Of a stretch of 64,000 bases of DNA, positions 1-9,269 are shown piece after piece. A model generated the notes under the pieces. The model was not told the DNA's origin, searched no databases, and saw nothing but the letters and a program-made list of their open reading frames with translations. The stretch is from a virus. A program made the position numbers and the translations under genes. Within the stretch, counting starts at the first letter, position 1. Each line of letters begins with the position of its first letter. Location: IMG/VR virus record IMGVR_UViG_3300044857_000472. One strand, written 5' to 3'.

Positions 1-2
1 GA

Positions 3-3000
3 GTTAGATCTAACAAGATATATAAAGTAGAAAAACTTTTAGTCAATATCACTAAAAGAAAGAAACCTTTATGTAATATCTTATTTAATGATAACTCTGT
101 TACTAGCATCGAAAGAGATTTTGAGCTAATTCGAACTATTCCAAATAGTACTAAAAAGATTTTCTATCCTCCTATTAAATTGAATCCTAATACTATGACT
201 ACTAGGAAAGATTCTGTAGGAGCTAATGATTATTATTTAGAATTAAAAAATTCTCGTATCCTATTCTCTAGATTAAAGACTATTGATTTAGTAGAATCAT
301 CTAAGTTTGCCAATAAACCTATTTATGCTGATTTATCTAAATATAGAGAAGCTTATAATCTTTATTGTGCTAACAAGAAAAAGACATTTGTAACTGGTTA
401 TATGATGTTTAAAAACATCGTTAAGAGTTTCCTAAGCCAGCTACCTAAGAAAGCTGATTATCAGATTTTCATTGACTTAGATGAAGAACCTGATTTCTTT
501 GTTAATACCTTTTTATATGGTCTTAAGAAAGAACCTAAAATTATTAATGATCTTTTCAAGAATGTAAATATAGTTTTCTTCCATCAAATAGGTAATTTAA
601 TATATAAACCTGATTTGAATGAAATTAATAAGAAAACTCAAACTATTAACTTAATTACTAAAGTTATTAAACTTGGTAAAGCTATTGCTCAGAAACAGGA
701 AGTAAATGATCCTGATTTAGAAGTAGTAACTAAAATTGATCCTAAAGATCAGGAATTGTATGATCAGTCTTTAGCTTATCAACATGATGAGGAAGATGAG
801 ACTGAAAATACAGAAACCTCTGATGAACCTGATTCAAAACGCTTTACTGCTACTGATGATTCTGAAGAAGAGTCAGATGATAAGGAATCTAAGGAAACTG
901 ATGACGAAACTAAATCAGACTCAGAAGATGAAGACGAAAGTTTTACAATCGGAAGTTCCTCAGATGGTGAAACACCTGATTTAGAGATAGTCGATGATGC
1001 TCTTAAAGATGGCGATATCGACTTAGATACTGTTTTAAATACTTCTACAGTTAATGCTTATACTGAAAAGGTTAGAGAGGAAAATGAAAAATTCCTTAAT
1101 AATAACCTTAAACTTCAAGAAGCGGCATTAAAAGAATTTGAAGATGAAGCAAATAAGTTAGCCTCTTCAAATACATTAGAAGACATTCCGGTTAATGATA
1201 ATAGTATTATTAACCCTAAAGTTAAATCTTTCCGTACTAGTTCTATCACTCATAGCTATTACAAAAAAGGATTTAAAAAAGACGTTGCTAACATTATCAA
1301 ATGTTTGAATAACGACCCTGAACATCCTGTAATAGTTACTAAATTGGCAGTGACTAATGTTTCTAACCCATTAACTAAAGCTAATGAATACCATATTGAA
1401 TATATGGATAAAACATTCAAACGCCATCAGTTTAGAGTAAATGTACCTATTCTATCGCATGATGGGTTTATGCTTATTAATGGTAACAAAAACTTTATAG
1501 CTAAGCAATCTATTGTGCTTCCAGTAATTAAAGAAGCTAATGATAGGGTGCAGATCACTACCAACTATAAAAAGACTTTCTTGTACCGTAAAGGTGATAA
1601 GATCAACGGTCAAATTGATAGAGTGATTCGTATCTTAGTTGGTAAAGAGATTGATGGCATTACTAAGAAGCATGGTAATAGCTACGAGTCTAACTTAGAA
1701 TTTAATATTAGTATTCCATATAACTATTTATCTCGTAAGTTGTTCTCGATTAAATTCGAAGGTTATGATATTCATCTTAACCAGAAAGAACTTAGAGAGA
1801 CTTTAGCTAATAAGAAGATTACTGTTGACTATGAAAAGTATATTCCTATTGGTTTTAAAGGTAAAACTGTTATTTTGGAAGAAATTGCTACTAGGAATAT
1901 AGTTGGATTTGAAACTGGTAAAAAATATGAAGCTCTTTCAGATAATCTTACTAAGTTTATTCTAGATATTCTTATTAATAGCAAAGACCCTGAAATTCAA
2001 GATGCTTTAAAATCTACTAAACCTTCTTTAAGTTTGTCCTATACAAACATGAAGATTGTTTCAACATCTGTAGCATTGGGTGTACTGGTAGCCGCATATA
2101 GAGGTCTCCTACCAGCTCTTGATCTTTATGATATTCCTTATCGTATTGAAGAGAAGCGTGTAGCTAAAACTGATTCTGAAATTCTGCTTACTTTTAGCGA
2201 CTATTATGTATTTATTGATACTAAATTTGACCCTGCAAAGGAACTCTTTGTAAACGGTTTACTATTCTTAAATGCAAATGAGTATAAGCTTGAAGAAGCT
2301 ACTCGAATGTCACCTATTTTCTTAGATTACTTCGAAACTCATTCCGGTAGTCGAAACACTGCAAAAGCATTAGTTAACTTTGAAAACTCCATGATTGATC
2401 CTATCACTCTGGAAATTCTTAAAGAACTTAAAATGCCTACTAACTTCACAGAACTTCTCTTATATGGTAATAATCTTTTAGGTGATTACCAACGTGATAG
2501 AAAAAATGATATGTATCATTTCCGTATCCGTGATAGTGAAGTAATTGCAGTAGCTTTCTATAACTCTCTGGTAGATGCATTCAACAACTATAAGCGTTCT
2601 ACTGGTTCTGGTGTACCTCAAACTATTTCAGTTAAGAGGGATGATGTTATTAGACGTATTCAGGCTATGCCTAACGTTGAAGAATATTCAACTCTTAACC
2701 CTATTCAAGAAATTGAAGCGAAAAGTAAGGTTACATTTAAAGGGCCATCTGGTTTAAACTCAGAAGATTCTTATATTGCTGAGAACCGTGCTTATAGTAA
2801 GACAATGCTCGGCCTTTATGGTATTTTCTCACCAATTTCGGCACAGATAGGTGTAAACCGTTCTATGGCATTTAACCCCAAAATTGATACAATTAGGGGC
2901 TATATTCGTGAGAAAGATATTAAGGACTTCACTGCAGATAATCTGTTTAGTGCCGCTGAATTAGTTAACGGGTTTACTCCAAAACATGCAGATGCTCCTA

Positions 3001-4169
3001 GAGCAATCATGGCAACTACTCAGAACAAGCATATTATCAATACTAAAGTTCAGCATCCTACTTTAGTAGGTACTGGTGTTGATAAAGCACTGGCGCATAT
3101 CATTGGTCAGGAATTTGCTTGGAAAGCTGTAAAAGATGGTAAAATTGCTAAAATTGATGAAGATAAAAATCTTGTATTCGTAGAATATGATGATGGTACA
3201 ACTTCAGCAATTGATATCAGTATGAAAGCTGCTAAAAACTCTGGTGGCGGTTTCTATATTCAGAATAAACTGGATTTGGTTAACGGTATTAAAGTTGGTA
3301 GTAAGTTTAAAGCTGGTAAGGTAATAGCCTACGATAAGAACTTCTTTAAAGAAACTCTTGATGGTAGCATTTGCTTTGCAGGTGGTCGTCTGTCCAAAGT
3401 AGCTGTTATGGCTCTTCCTGAAACATTTGAGGATAGTGCTGTAGTAACCGATACTCTATCTAAAGATCTTTCTTCGGAAGTTATTAACAAACGTGATGTA
3501 ATACTTAAAGCTAATTCCCGTATCATCAAGATGGCTCAAGTTGGTGATGAAATTGAAGTTAACGACGCTCTTGTTATCTTTGAGGAAGTAGGGAATGATG
3601 AAGCATTGGCTATTGCCGCATTAGAGAAACTTGATAAACAAACTCAGGCTTCTATTAGTGAATTAGCCCGTTCTTCTGCAAAAGCTAAGTATGCTGGTAG
3701 AATTGTAGATATGAAATTATACTACAATACTCCTATTGAAAAAATGCATCCTACTTTAAGAAAAGTTGTACAGAATTATATTGCAAAATATGATGAAAAA
3801 TCATCTTCTCTTAAAAATATTTCCCCTGATGAATTTATTCAAACACCTTCAACTGAGATGATTGAATCAAATAAACTTATGGGTAATGAAGTTCAGGGTG
3901 TAGTTATTCAATACCTCATTCAGCATTTGGATCCGTTGGATGTTGGTGATAAAATCACGTTCTTTACAAGTCTTAAAACAATCGTTTCTAATACAGTTGA
4001 TTCTGAGAAAGCACCATATTCTGAACTTCATCCAGAAGAAGAAGTTTCAGCTTTATTGTCGCCGTTATCAATTATTAGCCGTATGACGATGGATTTCTAT
4101 TTACAAGGTGGAGCAAACAAAGTTCTTGTTGAACTTAAACGCCAAGTATTAGACATCTTAGACGAATAA
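3..4169 (+). CDS. rpoB: Phage multisubunit RNA polymerase beta-like subunit (5'-partial; probably virion RNAP, C-terminal end of beta missing)
   Basis: Beta motifs in order: GFMLINGNKNFIAKQ, KVTFKGPSGL, HADAPRAIMATTQNKH, PTLVGTGVD, VAVMALPETFEDSAVV, LDVGDKIT, PLSIISRMT. Frame 3 has no stop from position 3 to the track start at 180, so the real start lies upstream of the window. Confidence 0.92.
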   Translation, partial: VRSNKIYKVEKLLVNITKRKKPLCNILFNDNSVTSIERDFELIRTIPNSTKKIFYPPIKLNPNTMTTRKDSVGANDYYLELKNSRILFSRLKTIDLVESSKFANKPIYADLSKYREAYNLYCANKKKTFVTGYMMFKNIVKSFLSQLPKKADYQIFIDLDEEPDFFVNTFLYGLKKEPKIINDLFKNVNIVFFHQIGNLIYKPDLNEINKKTQTINLITKVIKLGKAIAQKQEVNDPDLEVVTKIDPKDQELYDQSLAYQHDEEDETENTETSDEPDSKRFTATDDSEEESDDKESKETDDETKSDSEDEDESFTIGSSSDGETPDLEIVDDALKDGDIDLDTVLNTSTVNAYTEKVREENEKFLNNNLKLQEAALKEFEDEANKLASSNTLEDIPVNDNSIINPKVKSFRTSSITHSYYKKGFKKDVANIIKCLNNDPEHPVIVTKLAVTNVSNPLTKANEYHIEYMDKTFKRHQFRVNVPILSHDGFMLINGNKNFIAKQSIVLPVIKEANDRVQITTNYKKTFLYRKGDKINGQIDRVIRILVGKEIDGITKKHGNSYESNLEFNISIPYNYLSRKLFSIKFEGYDIHLNQKELRETLANKKITVDYEKYIPIGFKGKTVILEEIATRNIVGFETGKKYEALSDNLTKFILDILINSKDPEIQDALKSTKPSLSLSYTNMKIVSTSVALGVLVAAYRGLLPALDLYDIPYRIEEKRVAKTDSEILLTFSDYYVFIDTKFDPAKELFVNGLLFLNANEYKLEEATRMSPIFLDYFETHSGSRNTAKALVNFENSMIDPITLEILKELKMPTNFTELLLYGNNLLGDYQRDRKNDMYHFRIRDSEVIAVAFYNSLVDAFNNYKRSTGSGVPQTISVKRDDVIRRIQAMPNVEEYSTLNPIQEIEAKSKVTFKGPSGLNSEDSYIAENRAYSKTMLGLYGIFSPISAQIGVNRSMAFNPKIDTIRGYIREKDIKDFTADNLFSAAELVNGFTPKHADAPRAIMATTQNKHIINTKVQHPTLVGTGVDKALAHIIGQEFAWKAVKDGKIAKIDEDKNLVFVEYDDGTTSAIDISMKAAKNSGGGFYIQNKLDLVNGIKVGSKFKAGKVIAYDKNFFKETLDGSICFAGGRLSKVAVMALPETFEDSAVVTDTLSKDLSSEVINKRDVILKANSRIIKMAQVGDEIEVNDALVIFEEVGNDEALAIAALEKLDKQTQASISELARSSAKAKYAGRIVDMKLYYNTPIEKMHPTLRKVVQNYIAKYDEKSSSLKNISPDEFIQTPSTEMIESNKLMGNEVQGVVIQYLIQHLDPLDVGDKITFFTSLKTIVSNTVDSEKAPYSELHPEEEVSALLSPLSIISRMTMDFYLQGGANKVLVELKRQVLDILDE

Positions 4170-4179
4170 AAAAATAAAC

Positions 4180-4208
4180 CCCTATATCCCCGAATGAGGG
4201 ATATAGGG
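4180..4208 (+). terminator. Conserved-family terminator hairpin between convergent genes
   Basis: CCCTATATCCC-cgaatga-GGGATATAGGG, flanked by A and T tracts. Confidence 0.8.
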
Positions 4209-4215
4209 AGTTTTA

Positions 4216-4614
4216 TTACATTACTGTAAAGCCGATAAATTCTTTATCTTCATTGAAATCAATACTGCTTACTTCCAGTTCAATACTGCCAATGATATCA
4301 TATAATCCAAATAGTTCGTCGCTATTAAGATTGATAAGAGAAGGATAAAGATTAAAATCGCGATTAATTGTAAAGCCTTCTTTTTCATTAACGTCCTTAA
4401 ATCTTACTACAAAATTATTTGCTTCATCTAAACTCAGTCCAGCTAAAAGCTTGCTTGATTTTTTAGCTACTCCTTTTAGATTATCATAAATAATTTTACC
4501 TAAAGTTTCACTAAGCCGAATACCACCACTAGTTAGCATAATAGTTCCATTCGGTAAAGTGGTATTCATTCGAAAAGTGGTATTATTAATAGGGGTAATT
4601 TTAGTACTAGACAT
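4216..4614 (-). CDS. Hypothetical protein (132 aa)
   Basis: ORF abuts the clpP-like stop (1-nt gap) and ends at the hairpin. Confidence 0.7.
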   Translation of the reverse strand: MSSTKITPINNTTFRMNTTLPNGTIMLTSGGIRLSETLGKIIYDNLKGVAKKSSKLLAGLSLDEANNFVVRFKDVNEKEGFTINRDFNLYPSLINLNSDELFGLYDIIGSIELEVSSIDFNEDKEFIGFTVM

Positions 4615-4615
4615 G

Positions 4616-5275
4616 TTAGTCCTCTACAATGAAATCAGTTATTTTATATTTAATGCAATCTTCGATAGTAAAGAAAACATCAATATCTTCTTTTTCAGAC
4701 AAGAATTTTTTAGGAATTTTAGTCTTTTTGGCAATTACATCCTGAACACCTCTATTGGCAGCAACCAAAGTTTCAGTATACCTAGATATAGCAGGTACCG
4801 TACCAACGTTCCAAGCCAGTATACTATGAACCATAGGCATTGCAAATCTACCGAGGTATCTTTGTTTACCGTGAATAAAGATATAAAAACCAGCACTTTG
4901 AGCATCTGCAAAGCAATATGTATCAATTGGAATAGGTGAACTTTCCATAAGCATTACAATATTATGCATAACACTAACATAACCACCATGACTATTAATA
5001 TTTAAGTTAATACGTTTAATTTTAGTCTCTGGTGGCAGATACTCTGCCTTAGCTTTAGGATCATTTTTCTTATCAAATACCATTTTAGCTTTATGATTCT
5101 TTTCTTTTTCATCAATTTCTCTATTTTTATTAATAATATCTTCTAAAAATTTAGAAAAATCTTTGAAAGTAGAATGCTCAATACCGCCACTTATAGTAAA
5201 AGTAGCATATTCTGGATCATTTAATAATTTCAATTCTTTAAATTTGATAGTCTTTATTGCTGTTGCTTTAGCCAT
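4616..5275 (-). CDS. clpP: ClpP-like serine protease
   Basis: INLNINSHGGYV, CFADAQSAG (catalytic Ser), PMVHS (His), DVFFTIEDCIKYKITD match ClpP motifs. Confidence 0.85.
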   Translation of the reverse strand: MAKATAIKTIKFKELKLLNDPEYATFTISGGIEHSTFKDFSKFLEDIINKNREIDEKEKNHKAKMVFDKKNDPKAKAEYLPPETKIKRINLNINSHGGYVSVMHNIVMLMESSPIPIDTYCFADAQSAGFYIFIHGKQRYLGRFAMPMVHSILAWNVGTVPAISRYTETLVAANRGVQDVIAKKTKIPKKFLSEKEDIDVFFTIEDCIKYKITDFIVED

Positions 5276-5298
5276 TAGATAAACCTCATTTGATTTAT

Positions 5299-5311
5299 GT
5301 AATAATTTGTT
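5299..5311 (-). promoter_or_regulatory. Late-type promoter AACA-N6-TA
   Basis: AACA-AATTAT-TAC on the minus strand, upstream of the clpP-like gene. Confidence 0.5.
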
Positions 5312-5343
5312 ATATAAATCAAATTTTTTAAAAAACGTATAAA

Positions 5344-5369
5344 AAAATAGCGGGTTTCCCCGCTATTTT
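5344..5369 (-). terminator. Intrinsic terminator of the RT gene
   Basis: AAAATAGCGGG-tttc-CCCGCTATTTT, 2 nt after the RT stop; A-run on plus gives a U-tract on minus. Confidence 0.85.
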
Positions 5370-5371
5370 AA

Positions 5372-7444
5372 TTACTCAGTAATAGTTACTAAGTTTACTA
5401 CATTCTTAAACATACGGTATGTAAAGAAGAACATAGCATCATTAGTACGAGCCATTGGTGGTTGGATTAAATATGATTTGAGCTGAGCTTGGTAGTTTAC
5501 TGCAAAGTGTTTCATCATGAATTTATTGTATACATCAACAAATTCAAGTTTAGTAGTTGTATAGTTAAAATGATTCATTTCAGCAAGTTTACGTTTAACA
5601 ATTGCTGCAAGGAACTTAATCTTACTAGGATAATTTTCTAATACAACTTCTATCAGCTCTGCCAACTTATCAGCATCATGTAGTTTGGTAAGATAGAAAT
5701 ATTGTAAAGCATTAAGGATTTCTGCATCATTTTTAACTTTAATAGCATTCATATAGAATTCTACTTTAGACTCATTAAAAATGAATTTCTCTTTATTCTT
5801 ATAGAGGAACATAATATCTCGTAATTTAAACTTATTACGAAGATATGTATTCATTACAAATGGATATTTTGTTTCAGAGAAAATTCTTTCTTCAAATCCT
5901 TTATTTTTAAGATTTGCAATATGGATATTTGCATCTTCTTTATATAAAAGTGAAAGATATTGATCACGGGCAGTGTACATACAGCACTTAACAATCTGTG
6001 TTAAGAACTTCTCACTGTTCCATCCAGTTGCTCCAGTTTCATCAAGATCTTTTAAGAAGCTAACAATATCCGTATCTGTTAATAATTCACCTTTATCATT
6101 AAAATAATGGGAAAGTTTATGAATTTGCTCCATTGAGTTTCTATAAAGCTCTACGGAATCACCACCATATTCAACCGATAATTCTAATTCATCAATATCA
6201 AAATAGTGAGTTCCTGGAAGACGTACTAAAGTTTTTAAATCTTCAAAAGTAGTGGACTTACTATCAGATTTTTTACGTTTAGTTTTAGTTGGAATATTTG
6301 AAGATTTAGCTTCATTGATTGTAAAACCATTTTCTTCAAGGGTTTCATTTAATTTTTCAAGAACACGATTTGCGTCCCAATCTTCTTTAGCTAAGATAAT
6401 AATATCATCTACATAAAATAAAACTTTAAAGTTATCAATATGGCGATATGAATTACGTTTAATTCTTCCAGTAAAATCTTTAAACATATACTGGATGATG
6501 ATTTTAGCAATTAAATGCTGGAAGTGAGATTCAATAGTTAGACCGGAATCTCGTCCATCTACATTCAGAAGAGATTTTACAAAGGTACGGAATTTAGCTT
6601 TCTCTAAAACTTCATCACTATAGTTAAATGTATTGAATCCAACCCATAGTGCATCAACAACTAAATCATGACTGATATTATCAAAGAATTTACTAATATC
6701 CGCATAACGAATATGGCTGTAACCTTCTTCATAGAGACGATAAGTTGTATCTTTAAATTCATCATATTCATGAATATAGTTACTGAATCGGAACTCTGAA
6801 GTATTTCCCCGCCAATCTTTTTCAGAAAGACGAATAAGACTTGTACCGAATGCCATTACATTCGGATCATAGAAAATATTTTCTGCATTAGGATTCCGGC
6901 GATAGTTCTGTACTACAATAGATCCTAATAGGATCTCCTGTACTAAGGATTTAAATACGAATTGACGTTTAGCATCAGTAGCTTTATCACTATTTTTAGG
7001 AACTGTCAAACCTAAATTGAAATCTTTTACAAGGACTTCAAGATTGTCTTTACGGTTATTAAGTTTTTCTAACTCTCTACGAATTTCTTTATCATTTTGT
7101 AGAGATACTTTATGCTTACCAAAAGAATTAATAGTTACATTATCAATAATTCCACTAGTTGAAGCAGTCAGTGCTTGATTTAGAAAAGTTCTTAAGACTT
7201 CAGTATTATTATCACTTCCTACAATGATATCTTTAATTTCACCTTTAGAATGATACGCTGTTTTAGACGCATGATAAATGGTACGCACCAAATGGTATTT
7301 GTTAATATCCATTAGCTTTAAACGATCATTAAAGTGATCATATTGAATACTTTCTCGGACATCCTTCTTCAAGATATCAATAGCCGTACCAATAGATTTT
7401 TTCAGGATTGGATAATTTTTAGTAAAGTGAATTTTCTTAGCCAT
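5372..7444 (-). CDS. Reverse transcriptase (Abi/UG/DRT-like class, long N- and C-terminal extensions)
   Basis: LTVPKN...KRQF (RT1-2), YADISKFFDNISHD (motif A), DSGLTIESHFQHLIAKI (motif B-like), LFYVDDIII (YxDD), GFTINEAKS (RT7). Confidence 0.92.
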   Translation of the reverse strand: MAKKIHFTKNYPILKKSIGTAIDILKKDVRESIQYDHFNDRLKLMDINKYHLVRTIYHASKTAYHSKGEIKDIIVGSDNNTEVLRTFLNQALTASTSGIIDNVTINSFGKHKVSLQNDKEIRRELEKLNNRKDNLEVLVKDFNLGLTVPKNSDKATDAKRQFVFKSLVQEILLGSIVVQNYRRNPNAENIFYDPNVMAFGTSLIRLSEKDWRGNTSEFRFSNYIHEYDEFKDTTYRLYEEGYSHIRYADISKFFDNISHDLVVDALWVGFNTFNYSDEVLEKAKFRTFVKSLLNVDGRDSGLTIESHFQHLIAKIIIQYMFKDFTGRIKRNSYRHIDNFKVLFYVDDIIILAKEDWDANRVLEKLNETLEENGFTINEAKSSNIPTKTKRKKSDSKSTTFEDLKTLVRLPGTHYFDIDELELSVEYGGDSVELYRNSMEQIHKLSHYFNDKGELLTDTDIVSFLKDLDETGATGWNSEKFLTQIVKCCMYTARDQYLSLLYKEDANIHIANLKNKGFEERIFSETKYPFVMNTYLRNKFKLRDIMFLYKNKEKFIFNESKVEFYMNAIKVKNDAEILNALQYFYLTKLHDADKLAELIEVVLENYPSKIKFLAAIVKRKLAEMNHFNYTTTKLEFVDVYNKFMMKHFAVNYQAQLKSYLIQPPMARTNDAMFFFTYRMFKNVVNLVTITE

Positions 7445-7481
7445 TTATTTCAATTCCTACTATTGTTATAAGATCACGTTA

Positions 7482-7491
7482 ATAATATATC
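7482..7491 (-). promoter_or_regulatory. Early-type promoter motif GATATATTAT (RT gene)
   Basis: ataatatatc on plus, about 38 nt upstream of the RT start; motif recurs upstream of about 10 genes. Confidence 0.6.
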
Positions 7492-7511
7492 ATTAAAAAA
7501 TAGAATAAAAT

Positions 7512-7541
7512 ACCCATATCCCTCAGAAGAAGGATATGGGT
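7512..7541 (-). terminator. Conserved-family terminator hairpin
   Basis: ACCCATATCC-ctcagaagaa-GGATATGGGT, just after the stop of 7549..8058. Confidence 0.8.
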
Positions 7542-7548
7542 TATACTT

Positions 7549-8058
7549 TTAATAAAAAATTTGGTAGTATTTCTTTTCAATGAAATACGCAATTCTATTC
7601 CTTAAAAATCTAGGATCGTAATTTTCTTGTAACTTATAAATGTTTGATGAGAATATTGCTGATTCTATTATACCTATCATATACTCTGGATGATTTGTCA
7701 TCAACCTAAATATCTTCTTTTCATCGCCAATCAGCAAAAATAACTGCTCTGTGTATGCTTCTATTTCAAAAGCTAACCTTCTCTTCTCAGAAAATGAATA
7801 GAGAAAGCAGAATAGCCCAAAAGTACTAAAGAACTGGGAAATATGTACTGACTCATGGGTTATTAGTTCAAAAGGAAGTTCAGACTTATCTTTAACTTTT
7901 ATAATCATTATTGGAATAAAAACAAAAGAGAATCTAAAAGTTTGATGCATTATAACTATAACTGGAATGAACTTATAGAATGTTAATGCAACACCTAAAC
8001 AAATAGGAATTATAACAATAGTACGCCTACCAAATTTCTTTGTGTGTACCAGTTTCAT
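7549..8058 (-). CDS. Membrane-anchored HExxH zinc metallopeptidase-like protein
   Basis: Hydrophobic N-terminal segments, ITHESVHISQ, downstream FEIEAY third-ligand motif. Confidence 0.6.
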   Translation of the reverse strand: MKLVHTKKFGRRTIVIIPICLGVALTFYKFIPVIVIMHQTFRFSFVFIPIMIIKVKDKSELPFELITHESVHISQFFSTFGLFCFLYSFSEKRRLAFEIEAYTEQLFLLIGDEKKIFRLMTNHPEYMIGIIESAIFSSNIYKLQENYDPRFLRNRIAYFIEKKYYQIFY

Positions 8059-8080
8059 TTTTATTTTAACCTTTTAGTAA

Positions 8081-8093
8081 CTAATACCGTGTT
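8081..8093 (-). promoter_or_regulatory. Late-type promoter AACA-N6-TAG
   Basis: AACA-CGGTAT-TAG upstream of 8058. Confidence 0.6.
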
Positions 8094-8128
8094 ATTATTT
8101 TTTCTAATAAAAAATATTATCATTTATA

Positions 8129-8141
8129 AACACACTAATAG
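8129..8141 (+). promoter_or_regulatory. Late-type promoter AACA-N6-TAG
   Basis: AACA-CACTAA-TAG upstream of 8192. Confidence 0.65.
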
Positions 8142-8191
8142 TCTATAGTTTAGGCTAGAGAACTTTCTATATAGAAATTAAAGGATCTAAA

Positions 8192-8632
8192 ATGGCTATT
8201 AATCCGAAACTGAATGATCTTAAGTTTTTCCCTGATGGTGTTTCTTATAACATCGTAAAACTGTCTGCACTGGTAGCAAGTGGTGCGGATACTCAGGTAA
8301 CTTTGATCACTACTAAGACTCCGGCTCTTGCTCAGTCTTTATCTGCTTCTACTCAGACTATTGTCTATGTAGATGGTGGTGCTGTTGTTCAAAAAACACG
8401 AGTACCTAATGCTGAAGGTAAATTCACTACTGATTTTACTGCGGCTGCTGGTGGTGGTTCAGGTGGCGGTGTAACTACTTCTGAAATGAATACTGCAATT
8501 TCTAATGCAGTTAAAGATTTTGTTACCACTTCTGCTATGACTACTGCTATCACTAATGCTACTAAAGATCTTGCTACTGCAGCATCTGTAACTGCATTGG
8601 ATGGCCGTGTTGCTGCTCTTGAATCTAAGTAA
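8192..8632 (+). CDS. Small virion protein, probable fibre/decoration protein with C-terminal coiled coil
   Basis: AAGGA SD; Ala/Thr/Gly-rich; GGGSGGG hinge; repeats TTSEMNTAISNAVKD and TTSAMTTAITNATKD; ends LDGRVAALESK. Confidence 0.6.
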   Translation: MAINPKLNDLKFFPDGVSYNIVKLSALVASGADTQVTLITTKTPALAQSLSASTQTIVYVDGGAVVQKTRVPNAEGKFTTDFTAAAGGGSGGGVTTSEMNTAISNAVKDFVTTSAMTTAITNATKDLATAASVTALDGRVAALESK

Positions 8633-8650
8633 CAAGTAAAAAAAAAAATA

Positions 8651-8679
8651 CCCTATATCCCTCTTTTGGGGATATAGGG
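8651..8679 (-). terminator. Conserved-family terminator hairpin between convergent genes
   Basis: CCCTATATCCC-tcttttg-GGGATATAGGG with a long A-run before it. Confidence 0.8.
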
Positions 8680-8684
8680 GTTTA

Positions 8685-9182
8685 TTACACCATTCTACTA
8701 TATAATCTGAATAAGTTAAACTTTGGATGCGGAACAAAGGCTTCTACACCGGAAGCTCGTATTTTTTCTTCCATATTAATACAATGATGTATTACTGCAG
8801 AAGGTAAGGGTACTTTCTCATCTAATGCTATCATTATAAATTTTACTTTATAATGTAGTAAGAGAGAAATTATAGAGTCCCTAATATAGTTAACCTCATT
8901 AGAATGGAAATTACTACTTACAAACTTAGGTACTTCATAAAATGAACTAAGTAGATAAAATTCCACATCAGTATTATGAATCCTGAGTAAGTCTTTAGGG
9001 TTAATTACTATATTGAGATAATAGAACAGTCCATAGAAAGCAAAATAATCTACCAGCCAAACCGGATACGGATTAAGAATCTTATCACTAAATGGATAGT
9101 ATGTATGGTAGATCATTTCTTTTTGAAAGGCTACATCTTTCTTAAAGTGCTTAGCCTTATATAAATTTGTAGTAAATGTCAT
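8685..9182 (-). CDS. Hypothetical protein (165 aa)
   Basis: ORF with AAGGA SD and an upstream promoter motif. Confidence 0.7.
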   Translation of the reverse strand: MTFTTNLYKAKHFKKDVAFQKEMIYHTYYPFSDKILNPYPVWLVDYFAFYGLFYYLNIVINPKDLLRIHNTDVEFYLLSSFYEVPKFVSSNFHSNEVNYIRDSIISLLLHYKVKFIMIALDEKVPLPSAVIHHCINMEEKIRASGVEAFVPHPKFNLFRLYSRMV

Positions 9183-9238
9183 TGAGTATTCCTTATAAAA
9201 AATTAACCTACCCTACCTCCACAAAATTTCACATTAAG

Positions 9239-9248
9239 ATAATATATC
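9239..9248 (-). promoter_or_regulatory. Early-type promoter motif
   Basis: GATATATTAT on minus, upstream of 9182. Confidence 0.6.
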
Positions 9249-9269
9249 AGTGATAGGGAAGTTATATTT

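Noticed and set aside
784-3529. Short ORFs inside the RNAP beta gene (784..984, 2575..2757, 3329..3529)
   Set aside because: Fully nested in a conserved long gene, with no independent signals.
4559-4939. Plus-strand ORFs 4559..4939 and 4735..4926 with hydrophobic stretches
   Set aside because: Antisense to the well-supported ClpP-like gene.
5276-8700. Retron msr-msd, or an evenly spaced repeat array flanking the RT
   Set aside because: The gaps on either side are only about 100 nt and are filled by a promoter motif and terminators. I saw no a1/a2 inverted repeats and no periodic repeats by eye. A trans-encoded RNA is not excluded.
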